From NCBI GenBank assembly GCA_045568235.1, contig JBJLBJ010000001.1, forward strand, positions 167-64,166: a stretch of DNA of 64,000 nucleotides, in the 5' to 3' direction. This stretch comes from Candidatus Thalassarchaeaceae archaeon (lineage in GTDB: Archaea > Thermoplasmatota > Poseidoniia > Poseidoniales > Thalassarchaeaceae). A program made the translations under genes and the position numbers. Below are positions 28,250 to 37,098 of the stretch, piece after piece; position 1 is the first letter of the stretch, and each line of letters starts with the position of its first letter. The notes below the pieces were generated by a model. That model was not told the DNA's origin. It worked only from the letters and a program-made list of their open reading frames with translations, and did not search any database.

Positions 28250-31207
28250 TTACTGGGCGAAAGAAAAGCCACACAAAATACATTTTGAAGAGCCGATAGG
28301 ATTTTCAGAACCACAAGTAGGACACTCTTGGATAGAATCTATGGCATCTCTAGTCTCTTCTTTATTTTCCTCAGCAATTTCTTCTGTAGTTTCTTCTTCT
28401 GTAGTTTCTTCTTCTGCAGTTTCTTCTTCTGCAGTTTCTTCTTCTGCAGTTTCTTCTTCTGTAGTTTCTTCTTCTATAGGTTGTTCTTCAAAGTCTTTTG
28501 ATTCAGGATATAATATAACATCATTATTGGCACTTAGTGGCGTACTAGAAGTTGATTCTTCAACCCATTCAGGAAGATTTGGATCTTCATCAACTTCTTC
28601 TCCAAATGTTGCCCCATGAAAATCTTGAACATCAGACATCTTGTATTCTGACTCTGGATCTCCTTGAATTACATAAACTACTTCGATTCTTTCATCTTTT
28701 TCTATCCTACCAATTGCCCAAGTAACGTGCGTTCCTTCTCTGGCAGATTCTTTTGTAGTGGATGCCTCTCTTTCACCACTTAAAGACGAACGTACACTAG
28801 AATTTTCAATTGAAAAAGTACCAGGAACTACGTCATGTAAAGCTAAATCTTCTAATGCACTATCTGAATTGTTATCAAACATCAACATTATTTCATATTT
28901 GCCAAGTCCGCCACCGGGAAATACTTCTTTTCCTGTACTTATATTTCTTCGACGATGAACAACCCTTATTTGAGGAGGTTTCTTTACCATTCTTTCTGCA
29001 ACGGGTCCAAAGCGTTCTGAACTAAAATAAGCCTTTACAGGTGCTGAAAGTAACTTATTTTGAGGAGAAGGGTCTGGAGAATGTAAGGGATATCGAATTA
29101 TCATTGTTTTACCTGGCCTGAGCCCTAGAGGAGCTGAAGTTCCGATAGTTGCACGTAGGCCATGCCCATTAGAATCTGGGGAAATGAGTTTTTCTTCGAT
29201 CTGAATGCCGTTTATAATTTCAACTTGATATTGTTCTGGTTTCAGATCAAGACCTTCTATTTCTATAGATATTTGGCTGTGAGATGGTGGATTGAAGATT
29301 CCTGGTATATCATCCAATATCCTTACTACATTCATAATTGCAGAACCTGTGTTTTCGATAGTTATTACTGCTTCGATATCAGAAGAGACATAAGACTTGA
29401 TTCTGGATTTATCATATCTTTTGTTTACAATTGCATCGAGTATAGTTAATTTTTGTTCTTTTAAAGAAACTTTACCTTTGGATTCGACAGAAATTCTTGG
29501 AAGTATTGAATATCTAACTTCTTGAGTAAAACTAGGTTGCTCTTCTGATTCAACTCTTTTTATCATAGAATCCCATCTTCCTTCCGGAGGTATGTCTTGC
29601 CTTATATCAGAAACATCGAGTATTGGTTCATCTCTTCCTATCAAACGAACAGTTGCTCCAGAAAGAGCAACTACAAAAGAAGATTTATTCTCAAAAACAC
29701 ATTTACAATCCCAAACTCCGGGTCTATCTTGTTCTTGGGCATTAACATAAGAAAATTGCCTACCTGAGCTTGTTACTTTCTCAAATTTCGATCTAGAAAT
29801 TGTAGCATCGGCAGAATATGTTGCTGTAGAAATACCAGCAGATATTTTGTCAACAGAAGATATATTTGCAGAAACTGAGAGAGATAATGGTCTTTTTTCA
29901 CCTGGATTTAGACGTCCTATATTCCAAACTAGCATTTCATCTTCTATGACATATTCTGCATCTTCAGCATGAACAAAGGATTCAGGCATAGACCTTGTAA
30001 CTTGTACATCATTTAATGGTACAGAAGATATATTCTCTAACTCAATAGATATTAGGATATCTTGAGGATTATCCAAATAAACAAGCGATAGGCTTGATTC
30101 TTCATTTCTTTCAGAATCTGTATCTATTGATTCTGTCATTACAATCATTCTTGGTCCTTTGGCAGAATATTTGATGATTTTTTCTTCAGTCGCATCAAGT
30201 TCTCTTATTGGTATAATGGCTTCACCGAAATCCGTAGAATCAGTATTATTCAATTGTATTTCAATATCCCATGCACGGTGTTTTTTACTAGCATTTCTAA
30301 GTATTAATTCTCCTTTGATACTTTGGTTTCTCACTGTTCCGTTTGGATTCAAAGAGGATTCTTCAGATTCTTTAAGAATCGCATGTAATTTATCGCCCGA
30401 AATTGAATCAACTTCTATAGAAGGCCTTAAAATAGAGAATTTAGGCTCATCTCCGGCTGAAAATTGTTGATCCTCGGAACCATACATTATAGAGAATGAA
30501 TCCGTCGTCGACTCTAATTCCGAGTCAGAATAATTTGCGGTATTTTCTGTTTCTTGAAAGTTTTCTCCAGAAAAAATTGATAATGAATCAGCTAAAGATT
30601 TTAGAGAATCTGTAGATTCTGTACTAGTTACATCTGAATTTTCCTCTTCATCGGGATCTTCTTCATTATTTTCCAATAATTGAGAAAATGCAGAAGATAT
30701 TTGTAAATTAGAATCACCCTCAGATTCGGATTCAGATTCTATTGGTTCTGGATCACTTAATGACGATTTTGTGTTTGTATTCGAATCTTCACTCTCTAAG
30801 TCATCAGATAATGATGGCAGATTCAGGTCAGGCGGAGGCGGAGTTAGGCTAGGAGGAGGCAGAGGAGGCGGAGGAGGCGGAGTTAGGCCAGGTGGCGGCG
30901 GAGGAGGCGGAGTTAGGCCAGACGGCGGCGGAGGAGGCGGAGTTAGGCCAGGTGGAGGCGGAGGAGGCGGAGTTAGGCCAGGTGGAGGCGGAGGAGGCGG
31001 AGTTAGGCCAGGTGGCGGCGGAGGAGTTGTATTGGGTTCTTTATTTTCTATTTCATCAGTATTTTCAACTTCTGAAATGGTTTTTTCTAGTTTATTTTCA
31101 TCATCATCAGAACCCGAATCTGGAGGCGGAGGAGGAGGGAGTGGGAATCCCGGAGGAGGAGGAGGAAATTTTTCAGCCATACGTAAACAACCCTTGGCGG
31201 TAAACAC
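28250..31207 (-). CDS. Large (985 aa) signal-less protein with N-terminal polyproline repeats, an acidic linker, DUF11/CARDB-like beta-sandwich regions, an acidic EEET repeat and a C-terminal zinc ribbon
   Basis: The N-terminus (MAEKFPPPPPGFPLPPPPPP, then five copies of GLTPPPPPPP) has no hydrophobic signal. Segments such as VITIENTGSAIMNVVRILDDIPG and NNSDSALEDLALHDVVPGTF resemble DUF11-type repeats. The end is CPTCGSENPIGSSKCILCGF. Confidence 0.8.
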   Translation of the reverse strand: MFTAKGCLRMAEKFPPPPPGFPLPPPPPPDSGSDDDENKLEKTISEVENTDEIENKEPNTTPPPPPGLTPPPPPPPGLTPPPPPPPGLTPPPPPPSGLTPPPPPPPGLTPPPPPPLPPPSLTPPPPDLNLPSLSDDLESEDSNTNTKSSLSDPEPIESESESEGDSNLQISSAFSQLLENNEEDPDEEENSDVTSTESTDSLKSLADSLSIFSGENFQETENTANYSDSELESTTDSFSIMYGSEDQQFSAGDEPKFSILRPSIEVDSISGDKLHAILKESEESSLNPNGTVRNQSIKGELILRNASKKHRAWDIEIQLNNTDSTDFGEAIIPIRELDATEEKIIKYSAKGPRMIVMTESIDTDSERNEESSLSLVYLDNPQDILISIELENISSVPLNDVQVTRSMPESFVHAEDAEYVIEDEMLVWNIGRLNPGEKRPLSLSVSANISSVDKISAGISTATYSADATISRSKFEKVTSSGRQFSYVNAQEQDRPGVWDCKCVFENKSSFVVALSGATVRLIGRDEPILDVSDIRQDIPPEGRWDSMIKRVESEEQPSFTQEVRYSILPRISVESKGKVSLKEQKLTILDAIVNKRYDKSRIKSYVSSDIEAVITIENTGSAIMNVVRILDDIPGIFNPPSHSQISIEIEGLDLKPEQYQVEIINGIQIEEKLISPDSNGHGLRATIGTSAPLGLRPGKTMIIRYPLHSPDPSPQNKLLSAPVKAYFSSERFGPVAERMVKKPPQIRVVHRRRNISTGKEVFPGGGLGKYEIMLMFDNNSDSALEDLALHDVVPGTFSIENSSVRSSLSGEREASTTKESAREGTHVTWAIGRIEKDERIEVVYVIQGDPESEYKMSDVQDFHGATFGEEVDEDPNLPEWVEESTSSTPLSANNDVILYPESKDFEEQPIEEETTEEETAEEETAEEETAEEETTEEETTEEIAEENKEETRDAIDSIQECPTCGSENPIGSSKCILCGFSFAQ
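28376..28480 (-). repeat. Tandem 15-nt in-frame repeat encoding (EEET[TA])n
   Basis: The plus strand reads ttcttcttctg[t/c]agt about seven times. The protein reads EEETTEEETAEEETAEEETAEEETTEEETTEE. Confidence 0.9.
30835..31025 (-). repeat. Tandem 30-nt in-frame repeat encoding GLTPPPPPPP (five good copies plus degenerate flanks)
   Basis: The plus-strand unit gaggaggcggagttaggccaggtgg[c/a]ggcg recurs at 30871, 30901, 30931, 30961 and 30991. Confidence 0.95.
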
Positions 31208-31299
31208 CCCCCATAGTTAGAGGGTATAACGATTACCTGTTCATTATTCTAAACAACTGTCAACAGAATACTTGAAACTATGAATCACTTGGGAGTAAT

Positions 31300-32145
31300 A
31301 TGAGTGCACAAGACAGTACTAGTCCACCGGTGATTTTTGTAGTTGGAACTGCAGGTGCGGGAAAGAGTTCGTTAGTGACTGCTTATCAAAGATGGGCAAG
31401 ATTTCTTGAAGTTGATGTCATGGCAATTAACCTCGATCCAGGTGCAGAAAGAGTCCATTATGATCCTGAGTTCGATGTAAGAGATTTAGTTTCCTTATCG
31501 GATGTTATGAGTGAATATGATTTAGGACCTAATGGAGCGCAAATATTGGCTGCAGATTTGGTAGCATCACAAGCAGAAGATGTTTTTGAACAAATTGAAG
31601 GTTTATCTGGCGATATGTTAATTGTAGACACTCCTGGTCAAGTTGAATTATTTGCTTTCAGAGAAGCTTCAAGTCATCTTGTTGATGTTTTAGGACAGGG
31701 AAGAGCATGTCTTGTTTTCCTGTTTGACCCTATGTTATCAAGAACACCTAGTGGTTTTGTTTCTCAAATGCTACTATCTTCTATAGTTCATTTCAGATTA
31801 GGGCTGCCAACTGCCAATTTCTTATCTAAAACTGATCTGCTAGAACCTGAAGAGTTGGAAAAAATAATGGAATGGGGAGATAATTTGGATATATTAGAGG
31901 TGGCTTTGTATGAAGAGTCAGAGAATCAGGCTAACGATGCTCGCTCTGGTAGTCAGAGAGCAGAATTCGCTATTGGACAGTTGAGAATGATGCAAAATGC
32001 CGCCATTCAGCCAGGATTAATTCCTTTGTCTAGTGAGGTTGAAGATGGATTAGCAGATGTATTAACCTTCGCTCAAACAATGTTTGGAGGAATGGGCGAT
32101 ACAAGAGATGGATATGCAGGAGATATTGAAGATGAACGATTATGA
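31300..32145 (+). CDS. GPN-loop GTPase
   Basis: P-loop GTAGAGKSS, the diagnostic LGPNGA (GPN) motif and DTPGQVELF. Confidence 0.9.
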   Translation: MSAQDSTSPPVIFVVGTAGAGKSSLVTAYQRWARFLEVDVMAINLDPGAERVHYDPEFDVRDLVSLSDVMSEYDLGPNGAQILAADLVASQAEDVFEQIEGLSGDMLIVDTPGQVELFAFREASSHLVDVLGQGRACLVFLFDPMLSRTPSGFVSQMLLSSIVHFRLGLPTANFLSKTDLLEPEELEKIMEWGDNLDILEVALYEESENQANDARSGSQRAEFAIGQLRMMQNAAIQPGLIPLSSEVEDGLADVLTFAQTMFGGMGDTRDGYAGDIEDERL

Positions 32146-33091
32146 AGAAAAAAAGGATTTATTGGCTATTGATGATTTCTATAAGGAACTTCCCGATATA
32201 ATTGATTGGGCTATGAAAATTAAGAATGGAGAAGGTCTTGTAGAAGATTTTAGGCCATTGGAAGGTATGTCAATTGGATCAATTTATGAAAAGCCATCTA
32301 CAAGAACTAGAGTATCTTTTGAAGTGGGAGTGAATAAATTAGGAGGGCAGCCATTGACATTACTTTCTAATGATATACAATTAGGAAAAAGTGAGTCTAT
32401 AGCAGATACTGCGGCAGTATTATCACGTTTTTTAGATGGAATGACATATAGATGCTTTAAACATTCAGACGTAGAGGAATTAGCAAAGTATTCCACCGTT
32501 CCCGTGATAAATGCTCTTTCAGATTTACATCATCCCTGTCAAGCTGCTGCGGATTTGATGACAATTACTGAAAATAAAGAAAAGGTAAATGGCCATGTAA
32601 CCTGGATAGGAGATGGTAATAATGTCCTACATGACCTTTTACTAGCTAGTGTGTCGATGGGGCATGACTTCAGTTATGCAACACCTGTGGGCTATGAACC
32701 AGATGAAATGGTCATCAAAAGAGCAAACGATATTGCTGAAAAAACCGGTGCAAGAATTATTTCGTCAAATGATCCTGAAAAAGCAGTTCAAGGTGCTGGC
32801 GTAATATACACAGATATTTTTGTTTCAATGGGTGAAGAACACATGAAAGATAAAAAGAATGCATTCGAAGGATTCCAAGTAAACGAAGATTTAGTTTCTA
32901 ATGCTGATTCTGATTATTTGTTCATGCATTGCCTACCTGCACATAGAGGCGAAGAAGTAACTGATGAGGTAATTGATTCCAAGAATAGTGTTGTACTTGA
33001 TCAAGCAGAGAATAGAATGTGGGCTCAAATGTCACTCCTTACATATATTTGTAATGAAAATGCATGGCATACTTTTAGAGAATTATTTTAA
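32132..33091 (+). CDS. argF: Ornithine carbamoyltransferase
   Basis: STRTRVSFE, HPCQ, DGNNV and FMHCLPAHRGEEV motifs. The start is set at ATG 32132, which overlaps the upstream stop by 14 nt, rather than at 32084. Confidence 0.85.
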   Translation: MNDYEEKKDLLAIDDFYKELPDIIDWAMKIKNGEGLVEDFRPLEGMSIGSIYEKPSTRTRVSFEVGVNKLGGQPLTLLSNDIQLGKSESIADTAAVLSRFLDGMTYRCFKHSDVEELAKYSTVPVINALSDLHHPCQAAADLMTITENKEKVNGHVTWIGDGNNVLHDLLLASVSMGHDFSYATPVGYEPDEMVIKRANDIAEKTGARIISSNDPEKAVQGAGVIYTDIFVSMGEEHMKDKKNAFEGFQVNEDLVSNADSDYLFMHCLPAHRGEEVTDEVIDSKNSVVLDQAENRMWAQMSLLTYICNENAWHTFRELF

Positions 33092-33984
33092 ATTAATGAG
33101 ATAATAGTAAATGCTCCCAGGCATAAGTATAATGATTTTTTGAGTAATTGTTGAGCCGCATAATCTTGAGCGAGTGAAAGCTTATTTTTTACCATCAATA
33201 AAACAAGAATACTGGGCAGTACCAAGATAAGATATTGCTGTTCGAATAGATCTAAGGCAAAAGGAAGAAGAATTGATATTAATGCAGACAGTGATATTAG
33301 ATATGCCGTAATTCTAGTTTTTTCCGGACCGATTTTCATCGCTAAAGTATTGCGTCCTTTGTCAGCTTCCATATCTTCAACATCTTTTATTATTTCTCTT
33401 GACAAATTGTAAAGAAATCCAATTATTGCAATTGATATAACTTTACTATTTGTTGATTGATAGACTCCTGCCGAACCGAATAAAACAACCATGGCAACTG
33501 AAGCACTAATTGCGATATTTCCTGGAAGTCCACGATTTTTTAAATTTAAACTATACTTTGATTCAGACTCATAATTGATTAAAAGTATTAATGCTATAAA
33601 CCAAATTAATATAGATGGCGCCCATGAATAGAAACCATTACTTGAGTTATATGCAAAGAAAGCAGCTCCTATCATTGAGATTAAAGAAATAATCATTAGA
33701 AAAATAATTGCTATTTTTGCTTCTTTTAACGATATTTCTCCAGAAGGTAGTGGCCTATCTGGCTTACCAATTTTATCTATTTCAAAATCGAAATAGTCAT
33801 TTAATGCATTCCATGACGCCATAAATGAAAACACAGATAAGGCTTGTAAAATAGTAATATAAAGTAGAAAGTCATGTGGAATATTTTCTAGTGCCATTAT
33901 AGCTCCAAGAAATACTGCAATAATACCTCCTAAACTATTTCCTGCACGAAAAAGGATTAGCCATGACTTGTATGTGTTGCCCAT
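33088..33984 (-). CDS. UbiA-family prenyltransferase, probably digeranylgeranylglyceryl phosphate synthase
   Basis: A polytopic membrane protein with NALNDYFDFEIDK (NxxxDxxxD) and KDVEDMEADKGRNTLA (second Asp-rich motif). The specific substrate is inferred from the archaeal context. Confidence 0.7.
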   Translation of the reverse strand: MGNTYKSWLILFRAGNSLGGIIAVFLGAIMALENIPHDFLLYITILQALSVFSFMASWNALNDYFDFEIDKIGKPDRPLPSGEISLKEAKIAIIFLMIISLISMIGAAFFAYNSSNGFYSWAPSILIWFIALILLINYESESKYSLNLKNRGLPGNIAISASVAMVVLFGSAGVYQSTNSKVISIAIIGFLYNLSREIIKDVEDMEADKGRNTLAMKIGPEKTRITAYLISLSALISILLPFALDLFEQQYLILVLPSILVLLMVKNKLSLAQDYAAQQLLKKSLYLCLGAFTIISLI

Positions 33985-34019
33985 ACTAATTGCTATGGAG
34001 ATGTTATGTAAACTTGACC

Positions 34020-34277
34020 TTATTGGCTCATTACTACCGAAGCATCATTATTTATAGACCAAACACATACTGTGTAAACACTGCCTCGGAATTCACCCCT
34101 AGTATGTCCGATTTTATCAAACCTGATATCTTTGGCAAGGATATTCCCGACTTGGTTCATTGTTGCTCCCCACCGAAAACGGTTGTTTAAATGATCAAAT
34201 ATTTCAACAGTATTGGCTGATCCTTGTTTTTCAAGAAATACTCGAACAGCTTCTCTTAATCTTCTAGTTCCGGACAT
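34020..34277 (-). CDS. Small hypothetical protein, possibly winged-helix-like
   Basis: An 85-aa ORF whose ATG lies 1 nt after the stop of the upstream 101-aa ORF. The pattern of three helices followed by a beta hairpin (GEFRGSVYTVCVWSI) is judged by eye only. Confidence 0.45.
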   Translation of the reverse strand: MSGTRRLREAVRVFLEKQGSANTVEIFDHLNNRFRWGATMNQVGNILAKDIRFDKIGHTRGEFRGSVYTVCVWSINNDASVVMSQ

Positions 34278-34278
34278 T

Positions 34279-34584
34279 TTATGCCCTCACAGAATTTTCT
34301 TTACTTTCATTAAATCTTTTTACTAGACCATTCCAGCTGGATTTATTAATTGCAACAGGCAGTATAGTCTTGCGTAATGGATGCCAAATATCATCAGAAG
34401 ACAATATTCCGTCATCATTGACCAAAAGACCGTTATTTTGGCTTTTTAAAGTATCAGTAGTATCATTTGTTTGAATCAATAAATCAAAAGATACTATTCT
34501 ACAGGGTTCTGCTCGTTTCCTGTAAATTATTTCATTGGCATCATACATATTCTTATTCATATTCTTATGAAGGACAATTAGCAT
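34279..34584 (-). CDS. Small hypothetical protein
   Basis: A 101-aa ORF co-oriented with and abutting the 85-aa ORF. No recognisable motif. The true start may be an internal Met (MNKNMYD or MYD). Confidence 0.4.
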   Translation of the reverse strand: MLIVLHKNMNKNMYDANEIIYRKRAEPCRIVSFDLLIQTNDTTDTLKSQNNGLLVNDDGILSSDDIWHPLRKTILPVAINKSSWNGLVKRFNESKENSVRA

Positions 34585-34688
34585 ATTAAGAAAGGTAGAA
34601 GAGAGTATAGTGAAAGTGAAAGTGAAGATTATTGTGGAGAGATTTATGCACTGTTTTCATAAACATTAGTCATTCACGTCAACTTATC

Positions 34689-34766
34689 GCTCGTGTGGTG
34701 TAGTTCGGCCCATCATGTCGCCCTCTCGAGGCGACGACCCGGGTTCAAATCCCGGCACGAGCACCA
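34689..34766 (+). tRNA. tRNA-Glu (anticodon CTC) with encoded CCA
   Basis: GCTCGTG-TG-GTGTAGTTCGGCCCATCAT-G-TCGCC-CTCTCGA-GGCGA-CGAC-CCGGG-TTCAAAT-CCCGG-CACGAGC-A-CCA. The acceptor, anticodon and T arms pair perfectly, and the sequence closely resembles archaeal tRNA-Glu. Confidence 0.9.
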
Positions 34767-34876
34767 AAATATATCACAAAATGCTCGTTATATTATAGTT
34801 CAAAAAACATTTCTGAAATAATTTCTTGGATCACTAACTATAAATTTGTTAAATATTATAGACAACTATTCATATC

Positions 34877-35665
34877 ATGAAAGCGGAGAGTGATAACATG
34901 GATATATGTAAGTTTGAAGATATTGTTGACTTACGAGATAATCAAAAACTAATACCTCTATTTACTCTTAATTCATTATTAATGCCAGGAGAAAAGATGC
35001 TTATGCGTGTTTTTGAACCTAGATATAAGCAAATGTTAGATGATGTTGTAATAGATGACTTATGTTATGGGCATGTCATGTCTAACCCTGCAATGACAAT
35101 GTTGAATGGTTGGTCTACTCCTTTTGACATAGGCACATTAGTGAAAGTTGAAAAAATGGAAGAGCAAGGTACAAACATATTGTATGATGCCATTGGCAGA
35201 GAAAGATTTAGAATTATTTCATTAATAGAACCATCATTAGCCCCAGAAGATTTTGGAAGTATATTCCCGTCTGTAAGTGAATTAGAAGAAGGTTATTTGG
35301 AAGAAGATCCTTATGGTAAATTATATTCACGTGCTTTAATTGAGGTAATGCCACCTTTAAGAGGAGAGGTGAACATGAAAAAATGGAACAATCTAATTAT
35401 TCTTTGGGAACATTATATCGAACAAATAATTGATTTAACAGGAATGAACGAAGAAATTAAGTTACATATTGAAGATATGAAAGAAATGTTCTCTAATCCT
35501 GTAGAAGAATCAGTATGGGCATTGGCCTCCATGGTAATTGATACTCAAGAAGGTCAAGTATCTTGCCTGAAGGCCGAATTCGCAAAAGAAATAGTAAGTA
35601 TAATTGAATCCAATTTACAGATGAAGATGAAAAGAATAAGTATCTTTCGTGAAGGAAATGAATAA
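34877..35665 (+). CDS. Lon N-terminal (LON substrate-binding/PUA-like) domain protein
   Basis: IPLFTLNSLLMPGEKMLMRVFEPRYKQMLDD matches the LPLFPL..vlfPG....L.iFEpRY..M signature of stand-alone Lon N-domain proteins. Confidence 0.7.
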   Translation: MKAESDNMDICKFEDIVDLRDNQKLIPLFTLNSLLMPGEKMLMRVFEPRYKQMLDDVVIDDLCYGHVMSNPAMTMLNGWSTPFDIGTLVKVEKMEEQGTNILYDAIGRERFRIISLIEPSLAPEDFGSIFPSVSELEEGYLEEDPYGKLYSRALIEVMPPLRGEVNMKKWNNLIILWEHYIEQIIDLTGMNEEIKLHIEDMKEMFSNPVEESVWALASMVIDTQEGQVSCLKAEFAKEIVSIIESNLQMKMKRISIFREGNE

Positions 35666-35741
35666 AAAATATTACTAAAATAATTACTTAATTCCTTCAG
35701 AACAATCTTAAGTGTTTGTACATTCGATAATTAAGGTCTGA

Positions 35742-36140
35742 ATGCGTATAGAACAAGATGTTAAGCTAACTTTTAATGATGTATTAATAAGACCGAAGCG
35801 CAGTACCCTTGTTTCTAGATCAGATGTTAATTTAGAACGTGAATTTAGTTTTCGGCATTCGAATGAAAAATGGTTTGGTATACCAATAGTGTCTGCGAAC
35901 ATGGATACCACCGGATTATTTTCTGTTGCCAAAATTTTACAAAAATACAAAATGCTAACATGTACTCAGAAATTTTATTCCACAAAAGAATATTCTGAAG
36001 CTTGGGAACAAGGAATTAAGCCAGGATATATTGCAATAACATGCGGTTCGACAGAAAATAGTTTTGATCTTGTTAGGAGAAAGGTTGCAACTAATAAAAA
36101 TCTAAAAAATGATATGTATAGATGTTGCAAATGGTTATAG
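35742..36140 (+). CDS. guaC: GMP reductase, N-terminal fragment (frameshift-split)
   Basis: [40 protein letters not shown]...[12 protein letters not shown] is nearly collinear with E. coli GuaC as I recall it ([40 protein letters not shown]...). The frame breaks at the A6 run at 36104-36109. Confidence 0.88.
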   Translation: MRIEQDVKLTFNDVLIRPKRSTLVSRSDVNLEREFSFRHSNEKWFGIPIVSANMDTTGLFSVAKILQKYKMLTCTQKFYSTKEYSEAWEQGIKPGYIAITCGSTENSFDLVRRKVATNKNLKNDMYRCCKWL

Positions 36141-36795
36141 AGAGATTTTTCTTGAATTCGTAAAAAGAGTTAGAGAAGAATTTCCTGCCAAAATAATTAT
36201 CGCAGGAAATGTTGCAACAAGAGAAATGACTGAAGCATTGATTCTTGCAGGTGCTGATATAGTAAAAGTTGGAATTGGCCCTGGTTCTGTATGTACCACA
36301 AGGAAAGTGGCAGGCGTAGGTTATCCACAATTGTCTGCAATATCTGAATGTGCTGATGCAGCACATGGATTACTAGGCCATGTTATGGCTGATGGAGGAT
36401 GCTCATCCCCAGGAGATGTTGCAAAGGCATTTGCTGCAGGTGCAGATTTTGTAATGTTAGGAGGAATGTTTGCCGGGCACGATGAGTCCGGAGGAGAAAT
36501 AGTCGAAGGAGGAAATGGTAAAATGTACAAATCATTTTACGGAATGTCATCGGCAAAGGCTATGGAAACTCATTATGGAGAAATTGCCAAACACAGAGCT
36601 CCTGAAGGTAAAGAAGTTCGAGTCCCATACAGAGGTCCGATGGAAGATACTATTCAATCAATATTAGGGGGTTTGAGGTCTGCTTGTTCCTATGTTGGAG
36701 CGAGAAGAATCAAAGATTTACCTAAATGTACTACTTTCATTAGAGTAACTCAAACTACCAATGAAGTTTATCAGAGATTTAATGTTGAGGAGTAA
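36109..36795 (+). CDS. guaC: GMP reductase, C-terminal fragment (frameshift-split)
   Basis: ICIDVANGY...AGNVATREM...[18 protein letters not shown]...[17 protein letters not shown]...[30 protein letters not shown] continues the GuaC/IMPDH-family TIM barrel exactly where the N-terminal fragment stops. Confidence 0.9.
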   Translation: MICIDVANGYREIFLEFVKRVREEFPAKIIIAGNVATREMTEALILAGADIVKVGIGPGSVCTTRKVAGVGYPQLSAISECADAAHGLLGHVMADGGCSSPGDVAKAFAAGADFVMLGGMFAGHDESGGEIVEGGNGKMYKSFYGMSSAKAMETHYGEIAKHRAPEGKEVRVPYRGPMEDTIQSILGGLRSACSYVGARRIKDLPKCTTFIRVTQTTNEVYQRFNVEE

Positions 36796-36798
36796 TTT

Positions 36799-37098
36799 TC
36801 ATAGATGCCCTCTTATCAATAATTTTTCTATCAAATTATTGGCATGTAATCTTCCACCTTGTAGGTGCCAATTTTTCTTTAGTATAGATAATTGACCTGC
36901 CAAGTCAGTCTGCCAACCATTTCCAACTACACAATTCCACACTAGTTCTTCAATACGAGCAGTAGAAGGTAAGGATTTATTCAATACTGGTTTAATTAGA
37001 TTTGAAATTGAAACTGATTTATTCTCTATATCAAGTTCATCCCAAGAAATGGACAAGTTAATCAGCGCCGTTTCATCAATCCAACTATAATTTCCCAT
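36799..37098 (-). CDS. Hypothetical protein; probably the C-terminal part of a frameshift-split ~290-aa gene downstream of rps15
   Basis: Its ATG lies 10 nt after an A8 run on the coding strand (T8 at 37105-37112 on the plus strand). Removing one A joins it in-frame to the upstream ORF. Confidence 0.5.
   Translation of the reverse strand: MGNYSWIDETALINLSISWDELDIENKSVSISNLIKPVLNKSLPSTARIEELVWNCVVGNGWQTDLAGQLSILKKNWHLQGGRLHANNLIEKLLIRGHL

Noticed and set aside
18527-31025. Tandem repeats (27-nt at 18527-18675, 15-nt at 28376-28480, 30-nt at 30835-31025) considered as possible CRISPR arrays or non-coding satellites
   Set aside because: The units are head-to-tail with no spacers. Their lengths are multiples of three, and they lie in-frame inside long ORFs.
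30771-31220. Plus-strand poly-Gly/Ala-Glu ORFs (30771..31220, 30892..31203) opposite the polyproline repeats
   Set aside because: They are the complement of CCN proline codons and stop quickly outside the repeat. The minus-strand frame continues for 985 codons with recognisable domains and a zinc ribbon.
33990-34190. Plus-strand 66-aa ORF overlapping the 85-aa minus-strand ORF
   Set aside because: The minus-strand ORF is longer and is translationally coupled (1-nt spacing) to the upstream ORF. The plus-strand ORF has no plausible context. Both remain low-confidence.
34610-34627. (GTGAAA)3 hexamer repeat upstream of tRNA-Glu, considered as a regulatory element
   Set aside because: It is a single short occurrence with no second copy or palindromic partner elsewhere in the window. 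It is mentioned only as context.
22974-34766. Genomic island or integrated element bounded by tRNA-His and tRNA-Glu
   Set aside because: No integrase, transposase or viral genes are present, and I could find no direct repeat of either tRNA 3' end. The interval contains core archaeal genes (cbf5, cmk, DUF106, GPN GTPase, argF).
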